Of a stretch of DNA of 36,317 nucleotides, positions 17,457 to 28,320 are shown piece by piece. The translations under genes and the position numbers were made by a program. The first letter of the stretch is position 1. Each line of letters opens with the position of its first letter. Below the pieces are notes generated by a model. That model searched no databases. It was not told the DNA's origin and saw only the letters and a list, made by a program, of their open reading frames with translations. This DNA comes from Armatimonadota bacterium (GTDB lineage: Bacteria > Armatimonadota > Chthonomonadetes > Chthonomonadales > JAMCWF01), in the NCBI GenBank assembly GCA_023481295.1, contig JAMCWF010000035.1:14582-50898 (forward strand), in the 5' to 3' direction.

Positions 17457-19291
17457 GGGTATTTTTTGTTCACGATCTTAAAGGTCATGCATGTAGGATG
17501 GGTAAAACCGTTCTTGTTTTAGCGATTTTCAGCACATGGACGACTTTTCAGGCGAAGGCGGCATCCCGGTCGGTTGCATTCGATGTGGTCCAATCTATTT
17601 CACGCTTAAAATCGGGGGATATACGCGGTGCGGCGGTTGAGATCAATCAGGCACGGTTGGCCGACCCGAACGACCGGTTGATCAACGATATGACCGGTGC
17701 GCTGTGGACGATGGTTGGAGCCGATCACCGGGCAAATTGGTATTTCAATGCGGCGCGGGCCGAAAATCCAAACGATGCGATTGCAAATTATGGGCTGGTT
17801 TTACACCTAATCTCAGAAGGCCGCTTTCAACAGGCGCTTTTGCGGCTGAATCGGATACAAAACGGCGACGTGGCGACCCTCAGCATCGCTCGTAAATACC
17901 TGTACTATTTATTGGGAAACGTCAACGGGGCAAGCGGGCTGGCTCTTCCGGATGTTTATGAGGCGCAGGTCGATTTTTTTAATGGACTATCGGCGGAGCA
18001 CCAAAAAAACTGGTCGGAGGCCTACAAGCAGTACCGCAAGGCCTTCTGGCTGCTCGGCACAAACCCAACCAGTGAACCAATCGGCATCTTAATGACTTTG
18101 AACCCCAAGCTACCACTCGCAACCGGATTTTCACAATCGCTCCCCATTCCAAAGCCGACCGTCCGCTTTCCAAGCCGTAAAGATGCCTTGCACGGCGTGG
18201 TATCGTTGACACCTGGAAACCTTGGCGGCGATTTTCAGTACCTTGTCTTCCGGATTGATGGCCACCCCCTTACCATTTTGAACCGCCCCCCTTATCAGTA
18301 TCTTTGGGATACCAGTAAGGAGGCGAATGGATCCCATACGATTGAACTGATCACCTATGGTGCCAATGCGCAAGTTATCGGTCGCTCAACCCGGCAAGCC
18401 TATACCTTGAATCCGGATGCTCCGCCGGCCGCCAGCCAACTGGACGACGAAGCGGCGATGGTTAAGGCGGAGTTGTGGCAGTTAGTCGCCCTTCAGCCAA
18501 GTCGTGCCGTGTTGAGCGACCGAATCGCTCAAGTCGCCCAAGAATTGGGCGACAAAAGCCGGGTTGTGAGTAAATGGCTAGAGCGTTCCATTGCGCTGGA
18601 TCCGAGCCGCCGTCTTGCTCGAAAAGAGCTGATGGCCGATTCGAATGAGGCTGAGTTGGCGCTTTGGAAGGGAGACCCGAAAGACAAGGGGGTCGCGCTG
18701 ACCTTTGATGATGGGCCGAAACCGGGCATTACGCCTGCTCTGCTGGCGATTTTAGACGCCAACGGGACACCCGCCACCTTTTTCGTAATCGGCCGCCACG
18801 TGGTGAAACATCCGAATTTGGTCAAAATGATGGTTCAGGATGGGATGGAGGTGGAAAACCACAGCTACAGCCATCCCGATCTGGCGCTTTTGACCCCTGA
18901 CGGGGTGGACCAGGAGCTCCTTAAAGCGAATGTTGCCATACAGGCGGCCGGAGCGCCCCGCCCTCAATTTTTCAGGCCGCCCGGCGGGGATATTAGCCCC
19001 ATGGTTATACGGGAAGCCGACCGTTGGGGACTGACGCCGGTTTTCTGGACGGTTGACGCCGAGAAGATGGAGTATCCGCCCATTGAGCGGTTGGCTCACT
19101 ACATCGTGAATAAGGCTCGCGATGGCGCGATCATTTTGCTGCACAACGGCCGCTCTGCCACGGTGCAGGCATTGCCGGAGATTATCGCCGGCCTGAAAGC
19201 ACGCGGATTTCGATTCGTCTTGCTCCGGCAGTTAGTTGCAACGGCGGAAAATCGGACACAGTTAACACGAGGAAGCGAAATTAACCGATAA
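17453..19291 (+). CDS. Secreted TPR + Ig-like + NodB polysaccharide deacetylase
   Basis: TPR-like helices; PPYQYLWDT...NGSHTI (Big-type Ig domain); TFDDGP, HSYSH, FRPPGG and LLH CE4 motifs. The start may be the ATG at 17498. Confidence 0.85.
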   Translation: MRVFFVHDLKGHACRMGKTVLVLAIFSTWTTFQAKAASRSVAFDVVQSISRLKSGDIRGAAVEINQARLADPNDRLINDMTGALWTMVGADHRANWYFNAARAENPNDAIANYGLVLHLISEGRFQQALLRLNRIQNGDVATLSIARKYLYYLLGNVNGASGLALPDVYEAQVDFFNGLSAEHQKNWSEAYKQYRKAFWLLGTNPTSEPIGILMTLNPKLPLATGFSQSLPIPKPTVRFPSRKDALHGVVSLTPGNLGGDFQYLVFRIDGHPLTILNRPPYQYLWDTSKEANGSHTIELITYGANAQVIGRSTRQAYTLNPDAPPAASQLDDEAAMVKAELWQLVALQPSRAVLSDRIAQVAQELGDKSRVVSKWLERSIALDPSRRLARKELMADSNEAELALWKGDPKDKGVALTFDDGPKPGITPALLAILDANGTPATFFVIGRHVVKHPNLVKMMVQDGMEVENHSYSHPDLALLTPDGVDQELLKANVAIQAAGAPRPQFFRPPGGDISPMVIREADRWGLTPVFWTVDAEKMEYPPIERLAHYIVNKARDGAIILLHNGRSATVQALPEIIAGLKARGFRFVLLRQLVATAENRTQLTRGSEINR

Positions 19292-19427
19292 TCGAAGTTA
19301 ACCCGTATTGAAATGCGGAGAATTTAATTTTTGAAACTCCTTCAAAATTACAGAAGGAATTCGGTTAAGTCATGTATAATAGAACAATAGTTCAGTTTTA
19401 CGGGAATTTTTGAAGGGCGTTGGAATT

Positions 19428-19526
19428 CACCCCCATCCCAGCCCTCCCCCTTACAAGGAGAAGGGGCCCGCGCGGTGAATAGATTGACTCCCTCCCCCTC
19501 AGAGGGGGAGGGTTTGGGTGGGGGTG
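19428..19526. repeat. REP-like palindromic element (CCCTCCCC/GGGGAGGG family)
   Basis: CACCCCCATCCCAGCCCTCCCCC and GGGGGAGGGTTTGGGTGGGGGTG are imperfect inverted termini. Internal hairpin CCCTCCCCCT-CAG-AGGGGGAGGG. Confidence 0.75.
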
Positions 19527-19656
19527 GATTGTGTAATCGAGAATGATTCCCGCAAAACCGAACTCATACATAATAGAGAAGTGGTTTAACCTTTTACGGA
19601 ACAGGGGCATAGATGCGTTACCTTTACGGATCAATGGATCGGGAGGAGGAAATCCT

Positions 19657-20601
19657 ATGAGGCGGAGTTCACTGTGTATTTTAATAACGGGCGTCCTAGC
19701 GATGGGGGGCTTGATGCCTGCACAGGCGGCCGGGCTGCATGTGGAGCGATCGTTACTGGGCATCTACCTTTTACGCAACTTTCGTTCGGTGCTCGACAAG
19801 TTCGGCTCCCCTTCAGAAATCATTTCGGGCGGTGCGGTGCAGCAAGGCAATATGTATCCTGGCATGGGCATGACCGGTATGACGCCCGGGATGCCAGGTG
19901 GATATCCGATGATGCCGGGTGGATACCCCACGATGCCGGGTAGCGCGCCATATATGGGCGGCAGCTCATTACCCACCTTGCCGGGATTGGGCGGCCCAGG
20001 TACCATTCCGGGAATGCCTACGATGCCGGGAACGACCATGGGCGGTGGAGGATTGAGCTATGTACCCGGTGGCGCCAAGAGAGGCGGTATCGGGATGGGC
20101 GGAATTCCTGGGCTGCCCCCATCCATAATGGGTGCCAGCTCCGCGATGCCTGGTATGCCTCCGTATATGACGACCGGCAGCACGCCCTATGGACTGCCGG
20201 GAATGCCCGGTACGGCCTATGGTGCGCAAAAATCGGGCGCTTCGATCTTCGGTTCAATGTCGGCTAGCACGACCGGTACCGAGCCGGGTGAGCAGACCTG
20301 GATCTATAAGACCAAAAACGATCAGTACGAAAAGCGGTTTCTCTTTAATAAAGATGGCCGAGTGATCCAGATACAGGTATTCGGTTACAGCGGGCCGGGT
20401 GAAACCGAGCGCGGCGTGCGGCTGGGAGATCCACTGTCCAAAGTGTTTAAGCTCTACGGTTGGACATCGCACGTGCAGCAGACCGGCGACACTCTTTACG
20501 TTGATTATCGCGAATCGGCGCACGCTGCATTTAACCTATTGGATCTCCCCAACGGTAAAGGATTTCGAGTGGTGGGGATAACGATCGCCATCACCGAATA
20601 A
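19657..20601 (+). CDS. Secreted hypothetical protein with long Met/Gly/Pro low-complexity tract
   Basis: GGAGGAGG SD then ATG at 19657, preferred over 19543. Signal peptide ending AQA, MPG repeats, and globular flanks. Confidence 0.8.
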   Translation: MRRSSLCILITGVLAMGGLMPAQAAGLHVERSLLGIYLLRNFRSVLDKFGSPSEIISGGAVQQGNMYPGMGMTGMTPGMPGGYPMMPGGYPTMPGSAPYMGGSSLPTLPGLGGPGTIPGMPTMPGTTMGGGGLSYVPGGAKRGGIGMGGIPGLPPSIMGASSAMPGMPPYMTTGSTPYGLPGMPGTAYGAQKSGASIFGSMSASTTGTEPGEQTWIYKTKNDQYEKRFLFNKDGRVIQIQVFGYSGPGETERGVRLGDPLSKVFKLYGWTSHVQQTGDTLYVDYRESAHAAFNLLDLPNGKGFRVVGITIAITE

Positions 20602-20669
20602 AGGTCTCGGCTATGGGGCTGTCGTAAAACAGCCACCCTACCCAGCCCTAACCGGAGAGCAGGCGGAAA

Positions 20670-22535
20670 TTGGCGGCCGATCGGGAGGAGATACGAGACA
20701 AAAACGACGTTGTGTCTGTAATTGGAGAGTATATTCGTCTTAAAAAAGCGGGAAGGGTCTATAAAGCGCTCTGCCCGTTTCACGAGGAGAAGACGGCGTC
20801 GTTTCACGTGGATCCTACGTTTCAGTCTTGGAAATGTTTTGGTTGCGGACTAGGTGGGGATGTCTTCGATTTCATTGAGCGAATGGAAAACCTATCCTTT
20901 GTGGAAGCAGCCGAAAAGCTGGCGCGGAGGGTAGGCCTTGACTTCGAGCGTAAAGGTAAACAAGGAGCCACCAGCGAGCGCGATCAAATTGCGCAAGTCA
21001 ATCAAGTAGCCGCCCGATTATTTCGTGAATTCCTGGCTGAGAGCGACGTTGCAAAGCAGTATTTAAAAACTCGGCGCATTTCGCTTGAAAGCCAGGAGAA
21101 ATTTCAGATCGGCTACTCCCCCGAGAGTTGGAGTGCGTTGGCGGAAGCGTTGCGGCGGAAGGGGGTCTCCGATGCGGTTGCGATCAGCGCCGGGTTGATC
21201 CGCAAAAATCGAAACGGCGAGTTGAGCGATGTCTTCCGCAGTCGGCTTATGTTTCCCATTATTGACGCTCAAGATCGGATAGTGGGCTTCGGCGGGCGTG
21301 CCCTGGGTGTGGAGACACCGAAATATCTCAACTCATCTCAAACCGCCCTATTCGATAAAGGTAAAACGCTTTACGGCCTGTCACAATCCCGAAAATCCAT
21401 CGCAAGGGCCGACTATGCCTTACTGATGGAAGGATATATCGATGTGGTCGCCGCTCATCAAGCGGGCTTTAGTCAGGCGGTGGCCGGTTTGGGTACCGCC
21501 TTAACTCCGGAGCACGGAGCGCTACTGGCAAGATACTGCAGCCGGGTGGTGGCCTGTTATGACGGGGATGAAGCGGGTCGAAAGGCGGCCGTTCGAGCGG
21601 CTGAGGTTTTGACCGGAGCCGGCCTGGAGGTGAAGATCGCCCGAATTCGGGCTGGTGAAGATCCCGATTCGCTGCTAAGGGATGGAAAATCAGAGGTATT
21701 CCAAACCGCGATTCAAAAAGCGGTGGATTCGACGACTTTCCAGATCGAAAATTTAATCTCGTCAAGCGATCTCAGTCAAGAAACGGGTAAAGAGGCCTTT
21801 TTCCGTCGGGCGCTGCCCATTGTGGCGCGGCTGAACAGCGCCATCGAGCGCGAGCGGTTTGTGGGGATGCTGGCGCCCTACCATCCCCGCTACTCGAGCG
21901 GAATTACGGTTGCCGAGTCCCAAATAAGGGCCGACATTGAGGGAAGGCGCCCCCAACAGACAGTCGGAAAAGGGCGGGAGTGGAAATTGCCTCAACTCGC
22001 CCCAAGACATACCTCCACGAAAGTGGTCCGATCGGCCGATAACCGCGATTTAAGAGCGTCGGTAAAAGTTAAGTTGCCCACTGAACTGGCTGAACGCGAA
22101 TTGGTGCGCGCCTTGATAGCCTCTGAATGGCGTCAATTCGTGCTCGATCAGGTCACTGAGGAGGATTTTCAAACCCCTGCCTTCAGGCGACTTTACGATG
22201 TAATCCGTAACGCGACGGAGCTCCATGCAAGCGTTGATGTGCTCGATGTCATCGGAAAATTAGACGATGCCGAATTTTCATCCAACATTCGGATAACCTT
22301 GCAGGAAATAGTAGAACAGGCGGGGAATATGCCATTAACGCAGGCTTCAATTTTAGACTGTAGAGATCGCATCCGCCGGCAGCATCGCGAGGAGCTGCGC
22401 AGGCGTGTATCGGAAATGGTGCGGAAGCAGCCGGTTTTAACGGCGGAAGAGAGTGAGATCGTGCGGGAATATCATCGTCTATCGAGTGAGTTAAAAGATT
22501 CGGATGGTGTTCAGCCCGATATCGGAGGGTGCTGA
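20670..22535 (+). CDS. dnaG: DNA primase
   Basis: CHC2 zinc finger CPFH...CFGC; FRSRLMFPI; FGGR; PKYLNS; TOPRIM EGYID and YDGDEAG; DPD. TTG start. Confidence 0.97.
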   Translation: MAADREEIRDKNDVVSVIGEYIRLKKAGRVYKALCPFHEEKTASFHVDPTFQSWKCFGCGLGGDVFDFIERMENLSFVEAAEKLARRVGLDFERKGKQGATSERDQIAQVNQVAARLFREFLAESDVAKQYLKTRRISLESQEKFQIGYSPESWSALAEALRRKGVSDAVAISAGLIRKNRNGELSDVFRSRLMFPIIDAQDRIVGFGGRALGVETPKYLNSSQTALFDKGKTLYGLSQSRKSIARADYALLMEGYIDVVAAHQAGFSQAVAGLGTALTPEHGALLARYCSRVVACYDGDEAGRKAAVRAAEVLTGAGLEVKIARIRAGEDPDSLLRDGKSEVFQTAIQKAVDSTTFQIENLISSSDLSQETGKEAFFRRALPIVARLNSAIERERFVGMLAPYHPRYSSGITVAESQIRADIEGRRPQQTVGKGREWKLPQLAPRHTSTKVVRSADNRDLRASVKVKLPTELAERELVRALIASEWRQFVLDQVTEEDFQTPAFRRLYDVIRNATELHASVDVLDVIGKLDDAEFSSNIRITLQEIVEQAGNMPLTQASILDCRDRIRRQHREELRRRVSEMVRKQPVLTAEESEIVREYHRLSSELKDSDGVQPDIGGC

Positions 22536-22536
22536 T

Positions 22537-23685
22537 TTGAACAGTGGTGTTTCAATGAGCCATCATCTTGCAGGGGATCATCTGCCCAGTGGATCGGCCC
22601 CGTTCCCTCAGCTTATACAGCAAGGGCAGCAAAAAGGTTTCATCACCTACGATGAGATCAACGATTCGCTGCCGCCGGATGGAGTGGATCCTGATCAGAT
22701 TGATGATTTGCTTTGCCAGTTGGAAGAAGAAAACATCTCGATTTTGGGGAAACAGAGTGATCTTGCCACCGCGGTAGGTGAACCGGTCCAATACGAACAG
22801 AGAGCGGATACTCACGAAATTGAAGTCACCGATCTGGAGCTTGCAGCGGTTGAGGGCGCTTCACTGGACGATTCGGTGAGGATGTGGCTCCGTGAGATCG
22901 GTAAGACCCCTCTGCTGACCTTAGAACGCGAGATCGAGCTGGCACAACGAATTGAAGGAGGCGATTGGGCGGCAAAACAGCTCCTCTGCGAATCGAACTT
23001 GAGGCTGGTTGTCTCGATCGCCAAACGTTACAGTGGACGCGGAATGTCGTTTCCAGATCTCATCCAGGAGGGTAATCTCGGACTGATCAGGGCGGTGGAA
23101 AAATTCGACTATCGCCGCGGATATAAATTCAGCACCTACGCAACCTGGTGGATTCGACAGGCCATTACCCGTGCAATTGCCGATCAGGCGCGCACCATTC
23201 GGGTGCCGGTTCATATGGTGGAAACGATCAACCGCTTGGTCAAGACCTCCACCCAATTGAGACAGAAGCTGGGCCGCGAGCCCTCGCTGTGTGAAATTGC
23301 CGATGAGCTGCATATCAAGGTTGAGCGGGTGTCTGAAATACTGAGGGTGGCATCGGAACCGGTCTCACTGGAGACGCCGGTAGGCGAAGAGGAAGAGAGC
23401 CATCTCGCCGATTTCATCGAGGACCGAGATTCCCTGAATCCCTCAGATGCAGCCAACTACCTGCTGCTTCGCCAAAAGATTGACGAGGCACTCGATCAAC
23501 TGACCCAACGAGAGCGAGAGGTGCTCATATTGCGTTTTGGCCTGGATGACGGCTGTTCAAAGACACTGGAAGAAGTAGGACGTCATTTTAAGGTGACTCG
23601 TGAGCGGATCCGCCAAATCGAATCTAAAGCACTGAAAAAATTGAAACATCCCAGCCGAAGCAAGAAACTGCGCGATTTTCAGTAA
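22537..23685 (+). CDS. rpoD: Primary sigma factor RpoD/SigA
   Basis: Region 1.1 [11 protein letters not shown]; [11 protein letters not shown]; [12 protein letters not shown]; DLIQEGN; [26 protein letters not shown]; TLEEVG...[18 protein letters not shown] then TTG at 22537, directly after dnaG. Confidence 0.97.
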   Translation: MNSGVSMSHHLAGDHLPSGSAPFPQLIQQGQQKGFITYDEINDSLPPDGVDPDQIDDLLCQLEEENISILGKQSDLATAVGEPVQYEQRADTHEIEVTDLELAAVEGASLDDSVRMWLREIGKTPLLTLEREIELAQRIEGGDWAAKQLLCESNLRLVVSIAKRYSGRGMSFPDLIQEGNLGLIRAVEKFDYRRGYKFSTYATWWIRQAITRAIADQARTIRVPVHMVETINRLVKTSTQLRQKLGREPSLCEIADELHIKVERVSEILRVASEPVSLETPVGEEEESHLADFIEDRDSLNPSDAANYLLLRQKIDEALDQLTQREREVLILRFGLDDGCSKTLEEVGRHFKVTRERIRQIESKALKKLKHPSRSKKLRDFQ

Positions 23686-23757
23686 TTCCACTAAACCGGA
23701 AAGCCTCGTCGTTAATCACTTCGAATTCGGGCGGGGATCCTCGAAAGGAGGGCCGGA

Positions 23758-23982
23758 TTGCCTGCCTGTAATATAGATCACCGTGGTCGTTTCATACGGC
23801 TGGGGGGTGGGGTCATTTCGCTCTTAATGGGGGGCACTCTATTTTTGTTGCATCTCCCAAAACTCTATGATCTCCGTGTCACCCTGGTCGTTTTGCTGGC
23901 GGCTGGTGGCACCTTCAGTCTTTATGAGGGACTTATCGGCTGGTGTGCAATTCGTGCGTTGGGAATAAAAACGCGATGGTAA
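23758..23982 (+). CDS. Small two-TM membrane protein (DUF2892/YgaP-like)
   Basis: CNID..GR..R at the N-terminus, two hydrophobic helices, GWCAIRALGIKT at the C-terminus; GGAGG SD. Confidence 0.7.
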   Translation: MPACNIDHRGRFIRLGGGVISLLMGGTLFLLHLPKLYDLRVTLVVLLAAGGTFSLYEGLIGWCAIRALGIKTRW

Positions 23983-25136
23983 ACTCGAAAAATTCCGGGC
24001 ACCTATTCATCTATCACGCTGACCTGTTGGGCTATAACCTGGGGGCGGAACACCCGCTCAACCCGCGGCGGTTGGAGTTGGCCGTAAAGTTGACCGAACG
24101 TTTAGGAATCTTGGATGACGTTCCCGTCATCAGGCCGAGGGAGGCTGGCTTTGAGGAGTTAAACACCGCTCACAGTGCCGATTATCTGAATGCCGTCAAA
24201 CGCCTTTCCCGAGATACCGATGACGATGAACCCAAAGAGGCAGCTCGGTATGGCTTCGGTGGCGGCGACAACCCCATCTTTCCAAATATGTACGAGGCAT
24301 CGGCACTGTACACCGGCGCTTCGCTTCAAGGGGCGGAAGCCATTATCGGTGGAGCAAAGCGGGTGGTCAACCTGTCCGGCGGCCAACACCATGCGCACTG
24401 GGCACGGGCGGCCGGTTTTTGCGTTTTCAACGACCCGGTTGTAGCCATCAAGCGGCTTCGACAAGCATTTAAGAAAGTCGCCTATGTAGACGTTGATGTC
24501 CATCACGGCGACGGGGTGCAGGAAGCGTTCTATGATGACCCAACCGTTTTGACGCTCTCCATTCATGAATCGGGTCGCCATCTCTTTCCAGGCACTGGCT
24601 GGGTCGCTGAGATGGGAAAAGAAGCGGGGAAGGGCTTTGCGGTCAACCTTCCGGTCGCACCTTATACCGATGATGAGAGCTGGAATTATGTATTTCAAGA
24701 AGCGGCGTTGCCCATCTTGCGTGCATTTCAACCGGAAGCGATCTGCCTTCAAATGGGTGCCGACGCTCACTACACCGATCCTTTGGCGCATGTTTGCCTG
24801 ACGGTTCAGGGTTGGCTGAAACCGATCGAAGCGGTGGCGGCAATGGGAGTTCCGGTGCTGGCGCTCGGCGGGGGAGGGTACAATCTTGACAATGTGCCTC
24901 GAATGTGGGCGTTGGCAAGCGCTGTGGTCTTTAGTAAGCCTCTACCGAAAGAGCTGCCACCGGATTGGAAGATCGGTACTGAAAATAGAGCGATGCTGGA
25001 TCCGGAGCCTGTTCAAATCCCGGATGCCTTAATTTCAATTGCAAAAACCACCGCCAACGCAACCGTAAAGGAAATAAAGATCAAACACTTTCCAATTCAC
25101 GGTTTGAGCTCTGACAGCAGGAAAAGCGGAGCATGA
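23976..25136 (+). CDS. acuC: Histone deacetylase family protein, AcuC-like
   Basis: HPLNPRR; GGQHHA; GFCVFND; DVDVHHGDG; SIHE; FPGTG; GADAH..DPL; GGGGY. The ATG at 23976 overlaps the upstream stop. Confidence 0.88.
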   Translation: MVNSKNSGHLFIYHADLLGYNLGAEHPLNPRRLELAVKLTERLGILDDVPVIRPREAGFEELNTAHSADYLNAVKRLSRDTDDDEPKEAARYGFGGGDNPIFPNMYEASALYTGASLQGAEAIIGGAKRVVNLSGGQHHAHWARAAGFCVFNDPVVAIKRLRQAFKKVAYVDVDVHHGDGVQEAFYDDPTVLTLSIHESGRHLFPGTGWVAEMGKEAGKGFAVNLPVAPYTDDESWNYVFQEAALPILRAFQPEAICLQMGADAHYTDPLAHVCLTVQGWLKPIEAVAAMGVPVLALGGGGYNLDNVPRMWALASAVVFSKPLPKELPPDWKIGTENRAMLDPEPVQIPDALISIAKTTANATVKEIKIKHFPIHGLSSDSRKSGA

Positions 25137-25139
25137 AAA

Positions 25140-25709
25140 ATGAAATGGATGGTTTCGCTTTCATTATTAACCCTGACCGCATTCCTGTGGGGATGCGGGG
25201 GATCGAACTCCGGTTTGAATCAATCCACCACCCGCGATAGTGCGATTGGACGTTCCATTAACCAAGTAACGGCGCCCTATGGCTTGCAAGTTAAGCTATC
25301 CACCGATAAAACGGTTTATCATAGCGGTGAAGCCATTCAAATAGACGTCGCAGTCACCAATCCCACCTCCTCCTTGATCCATGTAAACTATCCCACGCCG
25401 CCGCCCACTATTTGGTGGGGATATGCGGTCGTTCAAAACGGACGGGTGGTCACCTGGGAGTGGTGGCCAGGTCATAAGCTGGTAACAACTCAGCAAATCG
25501 TGCCGCAAGACTGGAACCCCGGCCAAACGATCCATTACTCCCTGACCTTTCCACAAAGCATAGCTCCCGGTCTCAACGACTCTTTGAATGAGCTGGCCCC
25601 GGGCACCTATCACATCTACCCACGAACGAATTTAACCTTGACCAACATGGTATCACCAACGGGTGATGATGTCATTGGCCCACCAGTGACGATTACGGTC
25701 GTTCAATAA
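25140..25709 (+). CDS. Lipoprotein with Ig-like (BsuPI-like) domain
   Basis: Lipobox LWGC; [12 protein letters not shown]...V.VTN; W.W; LAPGTY. Confidence 0.6.
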   Translation: MKWMVSLSLLTLTAFLWGCGGSNSGLNQSTTRDSAIGRSINQVTAPYGLQVKLSTDKTVYHSGEAIQIDVAVTNPTSSLIHVNYPTPPPTIWWGYAVVQNGRVVTWEWWPGHKLVTTQQIVPQDWNPGQTIHYSLTFPQSIAPGLNDSLNELAPGTYHIYPRTNLTLTNMVSPTGDDVIGPPVTITVVQ

Positions 25710-25731
25710 ACTAAATCAGAGAGGTTTTAAT

Positions 25732-26724
25732 TTGACGAGCAGATCGACTTTGATAGTTGGAGATCCCCTGCCCAATATTCCGTGGGAGGATAAGCCGGCT
25801 GGGTGTCCTGGTGTTGTATGGCGGTACTCTCACAACCCGATGATCCCCAGAAACCTCAATCCAAACTCAAATTCCATCTTTAACAGTGCGGTGGTGCCGT
25901 TCAACGGTGAGTTCGCAGGCGTTTTCCGGTGTGACGATACACGGCGGTTTATGCAGTTGCATGTTGGATTCAGTCGGGACGGCATTAACTGGAAAGTCAG
26001 CCCGGAACGAATCCAGTTTCAGGGGGATGATCCGGAAGTCTTGCGTTGGGAGTATGGGTATGATCCTCGAGTGGTGTGGCTGGAGGATCGGTACTACGTG
26101 ACCTGGTGTAACGGCTACCACGGTCCAACCATCGGCATCGCCTGGACACGAGACTTCGAGACCTTTAATAAGCTCGAGAATTCGTTCTTGCCGTTTAACC
26201 GCAACGGCGTCCTCTTTCCCCGCAAGATCAGGGGCAAGTATGCGATACTCTCTCGCCCTAGCGATAACGGGCATACTCCGTTCGGTGATATTTTCTACTC
26301 TGAAAGCCTCGACCTGGAGCATTGGGGCCATCACCGCCACGTGATGCGCCCGAACGGCGGCTGGCAGGCCACCAAGATCGGCGCCGGCCCGATTCCTATC
26401 GAAACCACCGAAGGCTGGTTGATGATCTATCACGGTGTGTTGACCTCGTGCAACGGCTTCGTATATAGCGCGGGAGCCGCGATACTAGACCTCGACGAGC
26501 CATGGAAAGTCCGATACCGCACCGAGCCTTACATCATATCCCCGCAGGAGCTATACGAATGCGTAGGGGATGTGCCGAACGTGGTGTTTCCCTGCGCCGC
26601 CTTAACCGATGCGTCAACTGGCCGGATTGCCATCTACTACGGCTGCGCCGACACCGTGACCGGACTTGCCTTCGCCCTGGTGGATGAGTTGATTGAGTTT
26701 ACAAAAACCCACTCGAGAGTTTAA
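25732..26724 (+). CDS. GH130 beta-mannoside phosphorylase
   Basis: IFNSAVV; GVFRCD; YDPRV; [10 protein letters not shown]; [11 protein letters not shown]; KIGAG; GDVPNVVFP; YYGCAD. Confidence 0.93.
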   Translation: MTSRSTLIVGDPLPNIPWEDKPAGCPGVVWRYSHNPMIPRNLNPNSNSIFNSAVVPFNGEFAGVFRCDDTRRFMQLHVGFSRDGINWKVSPERIQFQGDDPEVLRWEYGYDPRVVWLEDRYYVTWCNGYHGPTIGIAWTRDFETFNKLENSFLPFNRNGVLFPRKIRGKYAILSRPSDNGHTPFGDIFYSESLDLEHWGHHRHVMRPNGGWQATKIGAGPIPIETTEGWLMIYHGVLTSCNGFVYSAGAAILDLDEPWKVRYRTEPYIISPQELYECVGDVPNVVFPCAALTDASTGRIAIYYGCADTVTGLAFALVDELIEFTKTHSRV

Positions 26725-26781
26725 CGGTAAAGTCGGAGTACTATCTCCACCGATCAACACAGGGATAGGGGATGAGGGACG

Positions 26782-27807
26782 ATGAAAGCGATTGTCTTTT
26801 ACGAGCACGGCGATGTGGATCGCCTGCAACTGGCTGAGGTCGAGACACCGGAGCCGGCGCGGGGAGAGGTGCTGGTCCAGGTCAGGGCCTGCGCTTTAAA
26901 CCACGTGGATATTTGGGTTCGACTGGGAGGTGGGGCCTATGGGCCGCCACTGCCTCACGTGCTGGGCGGCGATGTTGCCGGTGAAATCGCCATTTTGGGA
27001 AACGAGGTTGAAGGGCCGCCGGTCGGAACTCGGGTTGTGATAGCGCCCGGTATCTCCTGCGGTAATTGCAGCGAATGCCTAGCTGGGAGGGACAATCGCT
27101 GCAGCTCGGCTAAGATACTCGGCGCTCATGTATGGGGAGGATATGCGGAGTACGTGGTGGTGCCGGCCCGAAACGTGGTGCCGATTCACGATTCCTTCTC
27201 ATTCGTTGAGGCGGCCGCCGTTCCCATTACGTTTTTAACCGCCTGGCACCTGCTTGTAAATCGGGCCGCCGTCAGGCCGGGAGAAACGGTATTGGTGCTG
27301 GGTGCCGGCAGCGGGGTGGGCGCCGCCGCAATTCCGATCGCGAAGCTGGCCGGCGCACGGGTCATTGCGGCATCGCGAACCGAAGTCAAACGAAACCAGG
27401 CGCTTCAAATCGGCGCCGATGAAGCGGTGGATAGCGGTGGTAATTTTGCGGAGACGATTATGGCAATAACCGGTGGGCAGGGCGTGGATGTGGTGGTGGA
27501 ACACGTCGGCCCGGCCACCTTTTCCCAAAGTGTTGCGAGCTTGCGTCGCGGTGGGAGGTTAGTGACCTGCGGCTCAACCACCGGACCAACCACCGAGTTC
27601 ACCTTGCGGACCCTGTTCGGCCGCGAGCTATCGCTGATCGGCGGGATGTTGGGCACGCGCTCTGAGTTTGCCACCGTGATGTCTTTGGTGGCCGGTGGTA
27701 AGCTGAAGCCTACGATCGATCGCACTTTCCCGTTGGACGAGGCGGCCGATGCGCAACGTCGGTTACTGGCACAAGAGCAATTCGGAAAAATTGTGTTGAC
27801 CGCTTAA
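26782..27807 (+). CDS. MDR-family zinc-binding dehydrogenase / quinone oxidoreductase
   Basis: ALNHVD; structural Zn motif C-x2-C-x2-C-x7-C; GAGSGVG; GKIVL. Confidence 0.9.
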   Translation: MKAIVFYEHGDVDRLQLAEVETPEPARGEVLVQVRACALNHVDIWVRLGGGAYGPPLPHVLGGDVAGEIAILGNEVEGPPVGTRVVIAPGISCGNCSECLAGRDNRCSSAKILGAHVWGGYAEYVVVPARNVVPIHDSFSFVEAAAVPITFLTAWHLLVNRAAVRPGETVLVLGAGSGVGAAAIPIAKLAGARVIAASRTEVKRNQALQIGADEAVDSGGNFAETIMAITGGQGVDVVVEHVGPATFSQSVASLRRGGRLVTCGSTTGPTTEFTLRTLFGRELSLIGGMLGTRSEFATVMSLVAGGKLKPTIDRTFPLDEAADAQRRLLAQEQFGKIVLTA

Positions 27808-27812
27808 GCGGA

Positions 27813-27960
27813 TATTAATAAATCCGGTGACATCCTTCGGGTCGTCATTCCGAGGCTGAAAAGCGGAACCCGGGATACAGCGCATCTGGATTCCTGCATG
27901 CTGCTAGGAGGGGACTGGATTCCCGCTTTCGCGGAATGATGAGGTGGGGTGGGAATGACA
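27813..27960. repeat. Degenerate GTCATTCC...GGAATGAC REP cluster
   Basis: CGTCATTCCG at 27843; CTGGATTCCCGCTTTCGCGGAATGA (near reverse complement of the unit at 34310); GGGAATGAC at about 27951. Confidence 0.7.
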
Positions 27961-28004
27961 AAGCGGTAGGCACCAGAACTTTTTAAACAACCGCTAAACA
28001 ATGA

Positions 28005-28040
28005 GCCTGGTGCATCTCCACTGCTGGTGATGCACCAGGC
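28005..28040 (-). terminator. Hairpin terminator of the small minus-strand ORF
   Basis: GCCTGGTGCATC / GATGCACCAGGC perfect 12-bp stem, followed on the minus strand by TCATTGTTT, about 25 nt after the stop at 28066. Confidence 0.65.
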
Positions 28041-28065
28041 ACTGCCTGAAATGGCTACTTTGGAA

Positions 28066-28296
28066 TTAGGAATTTGGATCGGTTGTGTTCCCGCTTGGGG
28101 AACTGTCCGAGTTTTCGAACACCCGGCGGATAATCTCGGACCGGATATCCTCAATTGCGCCATTGATGCGGCGATCCAGCGTTTCTTCAAGCCTCTCTAC
28201 CCGCGAAGCGGAGGTATTGGTGGTTTCAACCTGATCGCAGGACGATTGGCTTGTCACATGGATCCGCAAAGCGCCGTTCCGCGCTGATTTTGCCAT
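28066..28296 (-). CDS. Small hypothetical protein (76 aa) with amphipathic/coiled-coil helix
   Basis: AAAGGGAG SD; RVERLEETLDRRINGAIEDIRSEIIRRVF heptad-like helix; has its own terminator. Confidence 0.65.
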   Translation of the reverse strand: MAKSARNGALRIHVTSQSSCDQVETTNTSASRVERLEETLDRRINGAIEDIRSEIIRRVFENSDSSPSGNTTDPNS

Positions 28297-28320
28297 TGTT
28301 TAGCATCTCCCTTTGTCTCC

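Noticed and set aside
19398-19763. Minus ORF containing PHPNPPPLRGRE, and the extended 19543 start on the + strand
   Set aside because: The peptide motif is just the translation of the palindromic repeat, and the strong SD marks 19657 as the real start.
19850-20230. ATGCCG-type nucleotide repeats as a CRISPR or tandem array
   Set aside because: Irregular, codon-phased repeats explained by the MPG protein tract. There is no constant repeat-spacer structure and no cas genes.
20670-23685. dnaG-rpoD as a novel system
   Set aside because: Canonical macromolecular synthesis operon arrangement.
27804-28287. ORFs 27804..28190 (-) and 28027..28287 (+)
   Set aside because: They run through the REP cluster and terminator, or are antisense to the better-supported 28066..28296 ORF.
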